From Eledone cirrhosa (lineage: Eukaryota): DNA of 64,000 nt. The DNA is taken from the NCBI GenBank assembly GCA_964016885.1, contig OZ024756.1:39494001-39558000 (forward strand), given 5' to 3'. The notes beneath the pieces were generated by a model that had not been told where the DNA came from, searched no databases, and worked only from the letters and a program-made list of their open reading frames with translations. The number at the start of each line of letters is the position of its first letter. Positions within the stretch are counted from its first letter, which is position 1. Below, in pieces: positions 29,231 through 42,366 of the stretch. A program made the position numbers and the translations under genes.

Positions 29231-31173
29231 TTACGCTTTAGTAGTTTCTTCTTCAAATATGTTATTTTGTACGCTTCGGTACTCAAAAAACCAATATAAT
29301 AGCATACTACTAACACCATATGCGTCTGTTATGTGTGGTGTGTGTACGTATTTGTACATTGTATGATACTTCTAAAATATTCCACAGATAATCTTAAGGT
29401 ATGATCTTTTTTCATTTGTTATGTGGAAAGTAATTTTCAGCAATGGTGCTCATACTTATATCTGGATTAGTCGAAGGTCATCTAAATTGATAGGTTTGTC
29501 AGTTAATCTGCGTTATTTATACAATACCTACTTGAGATGATGTATTGGTACCTCATATTATATTCTTTCTTGTATTGATGTGTCATGTTTTAATGTGTAT
29601 AGCATAGATTTGTTCAGATACTTTTTCGGTGGTTTGTATTTGCTCTAATAATATTCTGGTAAACAATAGTACATGAAATGATGTATTATTCCAATGTATA
29701 AGTCCTGGTCGCATTAGTATATCACATGCTGGGCTATTCCAATTATATGAGTATTTATATATGTTTACATTTCTGGAGCATTATAATTCATAACTTGTAA
29801 AGTATTAGATTGCCATTGTCATTCATTTTGATTTATTTGGCATTGATTCTGAGTTTCTTGCATTGAGAGGTTTTTAATGGCTGCTTCATATATTCATACG
29901 AAATATTCAGTGTGTTATACATTCATAGTTCTCCCCTAATATTCCTCGCGTTATATACCTGTCTAATTCAGGTTAATTATATTTTGTAAGAAGGAGACGG
30001 AAACGGCAGACTAGGAATAGTTAATACCTGTGTAACAGTCTGAAACATTAGTAAAGATATTAACCCAGTCTTTCACTCACCTTTAACTTTCTAAAGAAAT
30101 ATGAGCGAGTGTTAAGAAAAGATGTCAATAATAACAGCATATGTTATTTAGGGATCAATATAAATACGGAAGACCTTATGAGCTCACATGAACAAAAAGC
30201 AATTCTAGAGTTTCTCCTTCATGGTCGGACAAAGGTGCAATCGTTACATGAGTAGCAACAAAAGTTACCTAAAAGATTTGTCTCGAAATGAAACACAAAA
30301 TCAAAATAATTTAAATAACAACCGCGTACTCTGTTGGCTTCTAATCCAATAGTATCGCCTTTTAAATTTTAGGAATGTCGTAAGAGATTGCTCTCGGGCA
30401 CATACGCTAAACAGAAACCTGAAGGACCACTCGCTTGGTCATAACCAACAATGATAGTAAGGAAGAAATTAGAGAAAATAGTGTTCGACAGCAAGCAGGC
30501 TAGAGGTCGACTTTATTACCGTCCTCGGTCTTCGGTCCCAAAACCATTGCCTTTAGACAAGGAGGGGAAAATTAGGGACCATAACGACAGAGAAACAAAT
30601 GGTCATATTTCCATATAATTTTTGGCATTGCTACGAAGTCAACTTTGACTTTCTTCCTTCTGGGGTCGATAAAATATAGTACCAATTATATAGTGAGGTC
30701 GATATAATCAAGTTTCTCCTTTCCCCAAATTGCTGGCCTTGTGGCAATGTTAGAAAGAATGATTATGGATAACATTTGCTAAGTATTTTAAATTGTAGTA
30801 AGCTTTTGTTGTGTAGACTTGTTGGGGAGAATTTCCGTTTAAAATAAGTATCTTTTTGTTTTATACACAACATATATCTATGTTATCTATCTCGTTTATC
30901 CTTGCCTTTTCGCATTTAAGTAAGATATCCATGCTTCAGTTGCTGCCTATATGAAAATATCTGATGTTCTCTCTCGTCTTTCAATCATTTGTATAATTGT
31001 ACAACATTACTTTGAACAGTTGAGATTCCTCACAAATAATCCCAATAGAATCGTACAAGCCCTTTTGCTCTATTCTAATGTCAGATAAAAGATAACAACT
31101 AAAGTTGGAAAAATACATTTTAAGCTGAATCCTAAATTTCATCTATCATGATAAAAACCAATCATTATTTGTG

Positions 31174-31626
31174 CTTTGCCTTTCATCCTTACGGGGTCGA
31201 TAAAATAAAGTACCAGTAATGTACTGGGTAATTGCTGGCCTTGTGCCAAAAGTAGAAACAATTATTTGTGCACCTATGAAAGGCAAAGTTAACCTCGGTG
31301 GGATTTGAACTCAGATCATAAAGGGCCGTAACTCTATGCTGCAAAGCATAGCGTCCAACTCTCTAAATTGGCAGTATCGTTAGAGAGTCGGACGCCAGGC
31401 TTTGCAGCATAGAGTTACGGCCATTTATGCCCATTATTAGTAGATTGGCAGAATCGGTAGAGCATTGGACGCCATGCTTTGCAGCAAAGAGTTACGGGTC
31501 TTTACGATATGAATTCAAATCCCGCCGATGTTAACTTTGCCTTTCATCCTTACGGGGTTGATAAAATAAAGTACCAGTTATGCACTGAGATAATTGCTGG
31601 CCTTGTGCCAAAAGTAGAAAATTATT
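31174..31626. mobile_element. Rearranged SINE A cluster
   Basis: 3' half (+) 31174-31266, 5' half (-) 31276-31365, 5' stub (+) 31367-31428 and a full copy (+) 31441-31626. Confidence 0.8.
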
Positions 31627-32061
31627 TGTGCACGTAAAAATTGATTTATATGGAAGAATCAGTTTAATAGTGATTACCTCCATATGTATAACTGTGTCTT
31701 TAGTGGCGTCGTTATAACTCACGTTTGTTAAGTATTTATTGTTAGCTAAGCTCCGATATATATTGAGGGCGGGGAAAAATAAATACATGCTTTAAGTAAA
31801 ACTACATAACTAACAGATTTTGATAGAATCGTGTTCTTCCTTTCATGCTTAATCATGTATTGTGGTTCTATAATTTAGAACTGAATATAAGACGGTCGTT
31901 TATCAAATTATAAAAAAAAGAAATAACATGAAAAGATTATAATGGCAGGTATAAACCATTCTCAATCAGTGTATTAACCTAATGTCGAATTCGAGAAGAT
32001 GTGAAGTAAATATTCGAACGAATAACAAGCGAGAATTATGTTCAGACTCTCTAACAAGACG

Positions 32062-32143
<82 letters not shown>

Positions 32144-32258
32144 TGTAGCTTGTTGACTGATTTCCAAGCTAAGAACAAAAGGTCTAACATTATGGAGGAT
32201 ATATGTTAACAAACATCAAACCTGTTATTTATTTATTCCAGGTGCAAGCATTAACAAT

Positions 32259-32945
32259 CTTCTTCTTCTTCTTCTTCTTCTTCTTCTTCTTCTTCTTCTT
32301 CTTCTTCTTCTTCTTCCACATATTACTGAGAGTGTTACTGAGAGTGAGAGGGTTGTGGGGTCAGAGTACACACCCTCCAACAGGTCCTGTCAGAAGCAAC
32401 CATCACCAACTGATCCGGCTGAATCCCCAAGGATGTTATCTAACCATCTTGCTCTCGGGGTCTACCTCTGGGTCTTCTGCTTGTTGGTTTTGCCTGTAAA
32501 ATCTGTCCAGGGTACGTCCAGGGTACGTACTGGTACCTCTCTTGTTCATTATTTTCATGAACAGGATTGACATGTGCAGCCGGGTTGTAAGTGATATCAC
32601 GACTGGCAGGTGTAAAATCAGTCGGCTTGAATTTGCAGACGACATGGTGTTACTTAACTCAACAGAAGGTGAACTCCGACTAGCATTTGATAGGTTTGAT
32701 GTCGACTGCTGCAAGGCTGGAATTGGAGTCAGTGCTGTGGAGACTGAGACACTCGCCTCTCAAAGAAGCCTACTCAGTGCACTCTACGTGTGAATAGAGT
32801 TCCACAGAAGCAGATGGAGAAGTTCAAGTATCTCGAGGCCGTGTTCACAACAAGTATTGGAAGGCGGGAGATTGAATTAAGAGCAAACATTGCAGGAGCA
32901 GGTGCAGTAATGATCCAACTTCACTATTCGATAATCAGAAAGGAT
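32259..32945. mobile_element. RTE LINE fragment with inverted 5' part
   Basis: (CTT)n tail and 3' end on the minus strand (32259-32515), joined to a plus-strand RT segment LFIIFMNRI..LEFADDMVLL..EKFKYLEAVF (about 32538-32945). Confidence 0.8.
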
Positions 32946-33159
32946 AACATAGTTGGATATATGAAGGGGTCATGACATTCGCATACACACATGTGTGCAT
33001 ATAGCCGTAGATATGTCTAAATATTTAATGATTTCGTTTTACAGGAACATGGATTCGTGTTCTATCAAACTGTGTCGCATCTTGGTCAATGGTCCTTCGA
33101 TATAACCTCGGGTTAATCAATAATTCGGGAAGGAAACTTGGCAGAAGGAAACTGCAGAA

Positions 33160-33430
33160 TCTCATCCAATGTGTATTTCTTCTCCCAAAACCATCAGCTC
33201 GACATCCCTGGCCACCCCATAGTGTCCAGTCCACCCCTACAACTTCCCAACCAATAATAATCTCAAGATATCTTGGCCTCATCCTCTAGCCATTAGCCAC
33301 CTCCCTCCTTGTCCACATCCACCACTCCAACCATGCCCTCCGGCGTTTCACTTATTTCTCCTCCCCCTGGCTCCACCCACTTTCTTCTTACCACAGATAT
33401 CAACTTTCTCTACACTGTCATTACCGACCA
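33160..33430 (+). pseudogene. Penelope-like element reverse transcriptase fragment
   Basis: Frameshifted translation LLPK/HQLDIPGHPIVSS..IISRYLGLIL*PLATSLLVHIHHSNHAL../FLLTTDINFLYTVI matches the PLE RT motifs LPKIHK, PGRPIVS, ISxYLDxIL and TMDIxSLYTxIP. Confidence 0.8.
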
Positions 33431-34402
33431 CCATGTATGTATGTATGTATGTGTGTATGTGTGTATGTATGTATGGACGCATGTATGTATGTACGTATGT
33501 ATGTATATGAGGTGTGCATGTATGCATGTATGTATGTGTGAATATATGTATACATATATATGTGTCTATATGTATGTATGTATGTATGTACTTATGTATA
33601 TATGTATATATATATGTATATATATGTATGTATGTATGTATGTGTATGTATGTATGTATGTATGTATGTATGTATATATAGGTGTGTATGTATGTACGTT
33701 CAGCGCATCGGTAGGAGTTCTCCTTCATGGATATAAAGTAGTGGCCGTACTCGAAAACGAGTTGGCAGCCACCATATATATATATATATATATATAAATA
33801 TACACGTGTGTGTGTGTGTGTGTGTATGTATACATTAATGTTTACATCGATAAATCAATTTTCCTAGACATCGATTATTGACTGTAATTTACGTTAATAT
33901 TTCAATCAATCAAAACATCACTTAACGTATAGCTTCTTAATTAATCTAAATTGCAACATTTAATAATACATTGATTTACAAGTGAGATTTAATCTCCTTT
34001 TATAATAATATATTTCGTATATTTTCGTTAAATATACATTATTAGTATGTCATAAAATATTATTAATTAAATATAGTATGTAATTATTAAGATATTTGAC
34101 TATAATTTAAAACTCTCTAACAATCAATTAAATCACGTGACTTGTCAGGTTCTTTTTTTCTTTCTTTTACTTTCTTTATCATTGTCTTCTCTGTCTTCTC
34201 TATATCTTTTCCCATTCTTTTAATCGAACATCAATATTTTGTATGTTCCATTCATTGCTTTCCATCCCATTATCCATTTTCGCCTAGAAATATCGATTTC
34301 ACTTGATTTCATTTAATGTGGACATTTTAAAGAAATCTGTTAGACATAAGCAATGTTGTTGTTTTTTGTTTGTTGTTTTTTTTTAGTTTTAGTTTTATTT
34401 TT

Positions 34403-34525
34403 GGCATGTTTTTAAGAATGTCTCAGGAAAGAATCGCTGGAGAAATTTTTATGGGTAAAAACCAACCGGCAGAAGACATAAGGGTAAACCCCGGGCAAGA
34501 TGGTTGGACAACATCCATGAGCTGT
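34403..34525 (+). mobile_element. RTE LINE fragment
   Basis: RMSQERIAG..ARWLDNIHEL, homologous to the 4092 and 32259 copies. Confidence 0.7.
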
Positions 34526-35601
34526 GTATATATATATACATATATGACGTTGTGTGGTGTGGTGTGTTGTGGCGTGATGTGCTGTGCTGTGGCGTTGTAT
34601 GGTGTGGTGTGGTGTGTTGTGTTGTGCTGTGGTGTGTATTATCACCTCTTCTCCGTGTTTGGCCTCCGTTACATATACTTAATTTCTTTGTACTCTCACT
34701 AAAAGTCGCCATTGATTCAGTCTATGTTCCTTATTAATGAAGGACAATATACACTCTGATACTTCTTAGTTAAATATAAATTTTACTGTATTCAGCCATT
34801 ATTGTATAGGCTCTCCCTACTCAACATAAACCATTCAATGTTGATGTATATCACTCTTTATTCTTCTATTACCATATAAGCATCAAAGCTTTTACGAAGC
34901 ACAACGATATCCTGTCCTCTTTTAATGGTTGACTTGCCTTAATTTGTATCACAGCGCAACAACTCACTTATCTACACTTTATGTGGTTGAATGAAGCAGA
35001 AAATCTGAATAGACAGGTATAATAATGTAATGATGAAAGGATAGCAAAAGTAATCAATAGACAATTGGAACTGCTTTGATTTTATGGGGTGGGGATCGTC
35101 GTTTTAGGGAGAGATGATAATTCTAACCAACACTAAATTTAATTCAATGAACAAAATGTGATTACATATGAACACATATGACATATAAATGTCACATAAA
35201 TAGATAAAAGTGACTGGTTAGTTGAGGCATGGTTTTAGAGGATTCGTTCGACAATAAAGGTACGGCGGCTTAGAGAGAGTCATTGATATCATACAGGTAA
35301 TCTTCTCGGTCATTCTCTAAAGATATAGTCGGTCTATATTATTTGATATAATTTGGTTATAAATTCTAGTGGTATTGTTATATTTGGGGAGGATCATGTT
35401 GCTATAATGTTGCCAGAAAAATATAGTAAATCACACTCACTGTTTGGCTTGGTTTGGCTTGGGTTGGTTTTCTCTTCAGTATATTGTTTTATATTTCCGC
35501 AAAACAAATATATCGCTGTCACCTTCTTGTGGTCCTATTTCCAAATAACAGACATTGGTTTAATGTTGAAAGTAAGAAACTATTATTAAAGAAACAGGGA
35601 G

Positions 35602-35788
35602 GTGGATTAGCAGTATCGGTAGAGGGTCGGACGCCATGCTTTCCAGCATAGAGTTATGGCCCTTTACGATCTGAATTCAAATCCCTCCGAGGTTAACTAA
35701 GCCTTTCATTCTTAAGGGGTCGATAAAATAAAGTACCAGTAATTCACTGGGATAATTGTTGGCCTTGTGCCAAAAGTAGAAACAATTA
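35602..35788 (+). mobile_element. SINE family A
   Basis: Full-length match to the other copies; further copies at 40003-40107 (-), 51500-51690 (+), 30635-30765 (+, old) and 61570-61630 (stub). Confidence 0.85.
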
Positions 35789-35840
35789 TGAAAGAATCAT
35801 GTTATGATATATTTCAATCTTTAAAGAACATTGCAGTTAT

Positions 35841-35938
35841 TAATGGTCTATGATCTACAATAATGGTCTATGATCTACAATAATGGTCTATGATCTACAA
35901 TAATGGTCTATGATCTACAATAATGGACTATGATCTAC
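35841..35938. repeat. 20-bp tandem repeat x5
   Basis: taatggtctatgatctacaa. Confidence 0.9.
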
Positions 35939-36094
35939 TTTCTAAAAGTGTGTTACATCGTCATGTAAAAGAACAAAATAAAAGACCCTGTCAATTATCA
36001 ACTCTTGCGCATAGGGATTTCGGACTAACTAATCACTAAACAGTTGGAGCTGTTTCATAAATATGTAATGTTTTCCTATAGCTGTTCCAATAAG

Positions 36095-36160
<66 letters not shown>

Positions 36161-36261
36161 TATTACGTGAGTGAAATATATATATATATAAAGAAAAAGA
36201 GATGAAGTCGAAAATGCAACTGGAGTCTTATTTTTTTTTAAATATATATATTTATTTGGTT

Positions 36262-36299
36262 CCTTTACCGGTTTCGCAGTTCTTCTGCTTTTCAAAAGG
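36262..36299 (-). ncRNA. Minimal type I hammerhead, U3-A8 core variant (inverted twin)
   Basis: Exact reverse complement of 36349-36386. Confidence 0.8.
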
Positions 36300-36348
36300 T
36301 GAGTTGAGATGGAGGGTCTGTGGTTTTCAGACCCTCCATCTCAACTCA

Positions 36349-36386
36349 CCTTTTGAAAAGCAGAAGAACTGCGAAACCGGTAAAGG
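36349..36386 (+). ncRNA. Minimal type I hammerhead, U3-A8 core variant
   Basis: CCTT TTGAAAA GCAG-aagaa-CTGC GAAA CCGG T A AAGG. Confidence 0.8.
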
Positions 36387-36517
36387 AACCAAATAAATAT
36401 ATATATTTTTTTAAAAATAAGACTCCAGTTGCATTTTCGACTTCATTTCTTTTTCTTTATACTTTCACTCGTGTAGGACACCTCGGTTATTTTTCATTTT
36501 GTAAAAAAAAACCTCAC

Positions 36518-36556
<39 letters not shown>

Positions 36557-36614
36557 TATAGTTTATTATGTGAGTGATATATATATACATATATATATAT
36601 AGTTTATTATGTGA

Positions 36615-36712
<98 letters not shown>

Positions 36713-36737
36713 CATATATATATAGTTTATTATCTGA

Positions 36738-36807
<70 letters not shown>

Positions 36808-36870
36808 TATAGGTTATTATGTGTGTAATATATATATGTATACACACATATGCATATGTGCGTGTGTGTA

Positions 36871-36921
<51 letters not shown>

Positions 36922-37548
36922 AAGTAATTATATAAATTATTGGAGCACCAAGCTCTTAAAAACATGTTTTCTACTGTCGACGAAAGAGAAACATGTATAT
37001 TGTATATCCACGTGTTGAATGCGATCCAACTATATTTCGAAGAAATCTTTATGTAAAAGAAATTCTACATATATTTCACGTAAACATTGCTTATCTTACA
37101 TTGCTGTCTATTGAATAATGCAATAGATGTTTCCAGCAATTTATCTAATTTACTGTAGCCTCGATCCACAATATCTCAACTGAAATTTTCAGATGTTATA
37201 ATAACATTTAATATCATTTATTCTAGAGGTAAATATATAGGGATCTTATTATATCAGCCTGTTCTATAAAACTATTTTATATTTCGTACAGTACGATATA
37301 GAGTTGTTAAATGTTCACTACGTCGTAATACATGTATTTGCTTTATGAGGTATGTCATCTTTTATACAAATCTGGCACAGGTTATATATGATTTGAGATA
37401 CCTATTCCTACATTAGCTATACACACACATAGATAATGCAGGAGTTAAAATGGTTCGTGTTTGAACATCTTTACACAGGTAAACTAAACAAAGGCAATCC
37501 CAACAACACAATATTTGAAGCCTCGATTAGTCGTTGAGTTTAGGGGGT

Positions 37549-37605
<57 letters not shown>

Positions 37606-37723
37606 AACGTGCTGCGGGGTTGCTAATGGGTTACATATGCTCGCACCAACCGGAGGTATATGGTCTTTAAAGCGATGAAATACCAATGATGGTTTGAAGA
37701 TCACTGATGAAGGACTAACTTTA

Positions 37724-37768
<45 letters not shown>

Positions 37769-37908
37769 GATATTAAATAAATGGAAACTATATTTATAAA
37801 ACCATATTTATTTCATATATCTATATCTACTCCAAAAACTTGTCGAGTGCTTTATATCAGTTATAAAATATTTACTTGTTGTATCCCAACAATTTTAAAT
37901 AAAACTTT

Positions 37909-37949
<41 letters not shown>

Positions 37950-37950
<1 letters not shown>

Positions 37951-38274
37951 AGACTCCCCTTCGGTCACGGATGACCATGTGATTTACATCGTTCCCCTCC
38001 GAGGAACAAGTCCGGGCAAGGTTGTTTTGAGGAAGATCAGCAGTCACCCATGCATACCAGCTTCCCCTCTCCACGCCCCTGATGATGTGCAAGGGAAAGG
38101 CACTGACCGATACAGTTTGGCACCAGTGACGTCGCAACTCATTTCTACACCTGAGTAAACTGGAGCAACGTGAAATAAAGTGTCTTGCTCAAGGGCACAA
38201 CGCATCACCCGATCCGAGAATGGAACTCACAACCTTCCGATTGCAAGCCCAATGCTCTAACCACTAAGCCATGC
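37950..38274 (-). mobile_element. tRNA-derived CORE-like SINE, long 3' body
   Basis: Reverse strand has a tRNA-like head (tggcttagtggttagagc) and cccttgagcaagacactttatttcacgttgctcc (CORE-like). Confidence 0.8.
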
Positions 38275-38417
38275 AATCGAAATAGTTATGCGCTTTTTCG
38301 TTGAACGCGTATATATATATATATAACGAAGGAAAAGTGGTAAGGAACCAGGTGGACCATAACGCACCAAAGTACTCAATACTTAGGGTAGTAGAGTGGG
38401 TAATAGGAGTAAGTAAG

Positions 38418-38512
38418 ACCCCGACGGCTAAGCTCAAGCCGTTTCGACGGCTAATTCTGTACTGAATGAAAAATCAGTTCTGGTATTTAAATAGCCGAAC
38501 TTGTCAAGGGGC
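38418..38512 (-). ncRNA. Type I hammerhead, U3-A8 core variant, GUC site
   Basis: GCCCC TTGACAA g-tt-CGGCTA..TAGCCG-t-c GAAA CGG..CCG T C GGGGT. Confidence 0.75.
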
Positions 38513-38616
38513 AATTCCATATATGGTCAAAGAGATAATCACCAGGATTGGTCATCCCACAAGGTAGTAGTAATTCTGCGATGGCAAGTTGGTGGGGGAG
38601 GTAGCCAAACCTGCCA

Positions 38617-38688
<72 letters not shown>

Positions 38689-38835
38689 GTTAAAATACTG
38701 GAGCGTGTTGGAGTTAAACACCCTCTTCGTATTATAGAAATGACAGTAAAAGGTATAGCTCAATGTAGTTAAACAGAGCCGAAGAATTAAGAAAGTAAAA
38801 CAAAGAAGCCTTCAATACATAAAAAGTCTTTATTA

Positions 38836-38873
38836 GCCGACAATGTTTCGTCCTATTAAGGACTCATCAGGGC
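38836..38873 (-). ncRNA. Canonical minimal type I hammerhead
   Basis: GCC CTGATGA GTCC-ttaata-GGAC GAAA CA-t-TG T C GGC; GUC cleavage triplet. Confidence 0.88.
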
Positions 38874-38959
38874 AATTAAAACAACAAGAAGTATTATCGG
38901 CCAATACAAGCCGGAAACTCCGAAGAATATGGAGTGTACATACACTAAAGTATTGCAAG

Positions 38960-38996
<37 letters not shown>

Positions 38997-39047
38997 AGAT
39001 TTGAATGGATACAGTTTAGTAGAAATATTACAACACAACGGAAAATA

Positions 39048-39105
<58 letters not shown>

Positions 39106-39285
39106 AGTGGGTGTAACTAAGAGTTACTGCATGTATTTCATTTTCTTATAGCATTTTAAGAGGGTCCGTCGAGCTGCCGACGGGTAGGATCGATATAGAT
39201 CGAACCTTGAGCTGATCAGTGGCGAAACGCGCGTCACCTATCAATAAATGCAATGAAGGAATAATCAATCGTCCTTTTTATCCTT

Positions 39286-39369
<84 letters not shown>

Positions 39370-40208
39370 CATGTCAAAAGCAAGAAAGCCAGTGAGAGTC
39401 GTGTAAACTAAACTTTATATAAAGTGTAGGTGACATGAATCCAATCAGGATATTGTAAACCAAATCGAATGGGTGGAAGTTTCAAACCAAATTACCTAGG
39501 GATAGGTTCTTTATGCCGAAACCCTGAAAGAGTTCAGGTATAAATTTTATATCACGAAATCTGAGCTTTTTCTGTAAATATTTGTCAATTACATTGAAAA
39601 TGTATATCCAATCCATGTAAAGTCAACACATACCAGAGTAGATAACCTGAATTTGAGACATTATATAACATATATATCAAACATGATGAAATGAAAATCA
39701 AAGAATGTGTTTACATTAAAAGCAAATGCACACATTCCATGAACATAAATATGTTTATGTGAAAGAGACGCACGTGTATAAAATCTCATACATATTCACA
39801 TAATCTATTGAACATTAGTTACTATAAATTCTTTAGACTCGTGGTCTTTTTCATTTTACCTTTCCTATCAGGCTTAGTTTTTCTTTCCTTCCTTATTTAC
39901 ATACAGCTTTAATCGTGTTGGTTTAGTGTATATTTTAATTATATTATGTTTTGTTGAGGCAGCTTTCTTGAGTGTGTGTGTATCTATCTATATTTTTTTT
40001 TAATAATTGTTTCTACTTTTGGCACAAGGCCTGCAATTAACCAGTGCATTACTGGTACTTTATTTTATCGACCTCGTAAGGATGAAAGGCAAACTTAACC
40101 TCGGCGGTTATTTTATTTTTTAATAATGGTCGTTTGGGTCTTTAATCGTTGTGTGGCATATGTATATATATGTGTATATATATATATATGTGTGTGTATA
40201 TATATATA

Positions 40209-40256
<48 letters not shown>

Positions 40257-40488
40257 AAGTATAACAATATATATATATATACAAGAGTGAAGAATAACAT
40301 GGTTGACAGTACAAAATAAGGATATTTATTTTCAGTCTTACAATTGTTTCAATGATAGAAATGTCTATAAATTGCTAAATACTTGAAAATTCAAATTACT
40401 ACATCAATAATATTATTAATAATATTATTGATGTAGTAATTTAAATTTTCAAGTTTACCGTTACGCATATATTTTATATTTCTTATTT

Positions 40489-40593
40489 GTCTCCGATGAA
40501 ATGATTGAATTTAGATGTATTGTAAATTGAGTTATGCTTTCTCCAGTATTTAGCAATTTATAGACATTTCTATCATTGAAACAATTGTAAGAC
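40489..40593 (+). ncRNA. Type I hammerhead motif (U4C core, long loop II)
   Basis: GTCT CCGATGA AATGAT..ATCATT GAAA CAATTG T A AGAC; palindromic stem III ACAATTGT. Confidence 0.75.
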
Positions 40594-41568
40594 TGAAAAT
40601 AAATATCCTTATTTTGTACTGTCAACCATGTTATTTTTCACTCTTTTATTACTCCAAGATATATTTACATAGGAACACAACATAAAATCGTAACCAAAGT
40701 AAACCTCTTGTTGAGTCACACGGTACCGTACGCTTAAACTGTCCATATAAGGGGTTGGTTTAAGGCCGCACATATTTGTAGAATATTTAGTTTCTAATTA
40801 ATTGTACTAGAAGAGCAACAATATGTAGTTTCATTGATTAGACAATTAAAAAACTCACCATCGCTACCGACGGAAGATCTTTTTAATTGTAGTGGATGTA
40901 TTATATTTTAACAACTTTGGGTTTAAATAGACAATAAATTCAACAATAAATACATGGATTAACTTATAATGCGTGCAGGATTTCTGTTAAATAATTTAAT
41001 ATATAATCTTTTTTTAATCTTTTATCTGAATGAGAAAATAAATTCCTTAACTTTCATGCAGATATTAATGTGTTCTGTCATAGTGATGTAGCTATTTAGC
41101 TAAATATTATATATTCACGCTCTAAATCTAGTTTCGTCAAAAATAGTTTATATGAATCAAATCTTTTAATTCTATTCATAATTGATGACTTTTGTAAATA
41201 AATCTGGAAACATCTGTGATGAATTTATCTTTATAAAATCCATATATATGAATATAGATTTGGTTTCATAATTCATAAGTTAGTTTATATGTTCGAAATT
41301 AAAATGCTTAAAAATAATATGTGAAGTACCAACGGCAACATTTTCGCTCAAGTGTAAACAACTATATTATTCTGAGAAAGTACCTAGAAAATTTTAACCA
41401 TCCGCATGTATCGTAAAATATCGATCACAGCTTAATATAGAGAGGTCATGAATATATGCATCAAGTAATCAGAAGGAAATACATAAAGTCTTGTAAATAT
41501 AGAACTCAATATACCACGTACTGATTTGCATAATTTATATTAAATTGGGAAATAAACAGGCAAAATAT

Positions 41569-41608
<40 letters not shown>

Positions 41609-42195
41609 TAATATATATATATATATATAATATATAAAATATATATATATATATATATATAATATATATATATATATATTATATATATATTATATATATA
41701 TTATATATATATAATATTATATATATATATATATATTATATATTATATATATATATATTATATTATATATATATATATATATATATTATATATTATATAT
41801 TATATATATTATATATATTATATATATATATATATAATATATATATATTATATATATATATATATATAAACAAAGATTAATATGGTTCGTTGATTACTCA
41901 ACGAATACAGTTTTACAATAGATTAGAAGCACTCAACTGTAGGTTTTCCTGGAGTTTTTAATATTATTCAAAATGTTAACAAATGAAAAATATTCGCATA
42001 ATCAAAATATATACTTTATTATATATATTTCAAAGGTACTGTGCTGTTTTTTTCAGTACGACCTCATCAGACAAAATATATGATTTTATATATGACATAC
42101 CGCTACGATCTTGATTATTCAATTCCCGTATTGGCAGTAATACTGGAATTGAATAATCAAGATCGTAGCGGTATGTCATATATCAAGTCATATAT

Positions 42196-42256
42196 TTTGT
42201 CTGATGAGGACGTACTGAAAAAAACAGCACAGTACCTTTGAAATATATATAATAAA
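42196..42256 (+). ncRNA. Type I hammerhead motif; inverted twin at 42015-42075 (-)
   Basis: TTTGT CTGATGA GGAcGTACT..AGTACcTTT GAAA TATATA T A ATAAA; palindromic stem III ATATATAT. Confidence 0.65.
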
Positions 42257-42302
42257 GTATATATTTTGATTATGCGAATATTTTTCATTTGTTAACATTT
42301 TG

Positions 42303-42365
<63 letters not shown>

Positions 42366-42366
<1 letters not shown>

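Larger units (their letters stand above)
36188..36522 (+). mobile_element. Fold-back PLE-like mini-element, family C
   Basis: About 133-bp arms (36188-36320 / 36328-36460) with a 7-nt loop; a non-folded copy lies at 13456-13683. Confidence 0.75.

Noticed and set aside
36960-37400. Possible further decayed RT remnant (also 330-450 and 29250-29900)
   Set aside because: Motif resemblance is too weak to support without a profile search.
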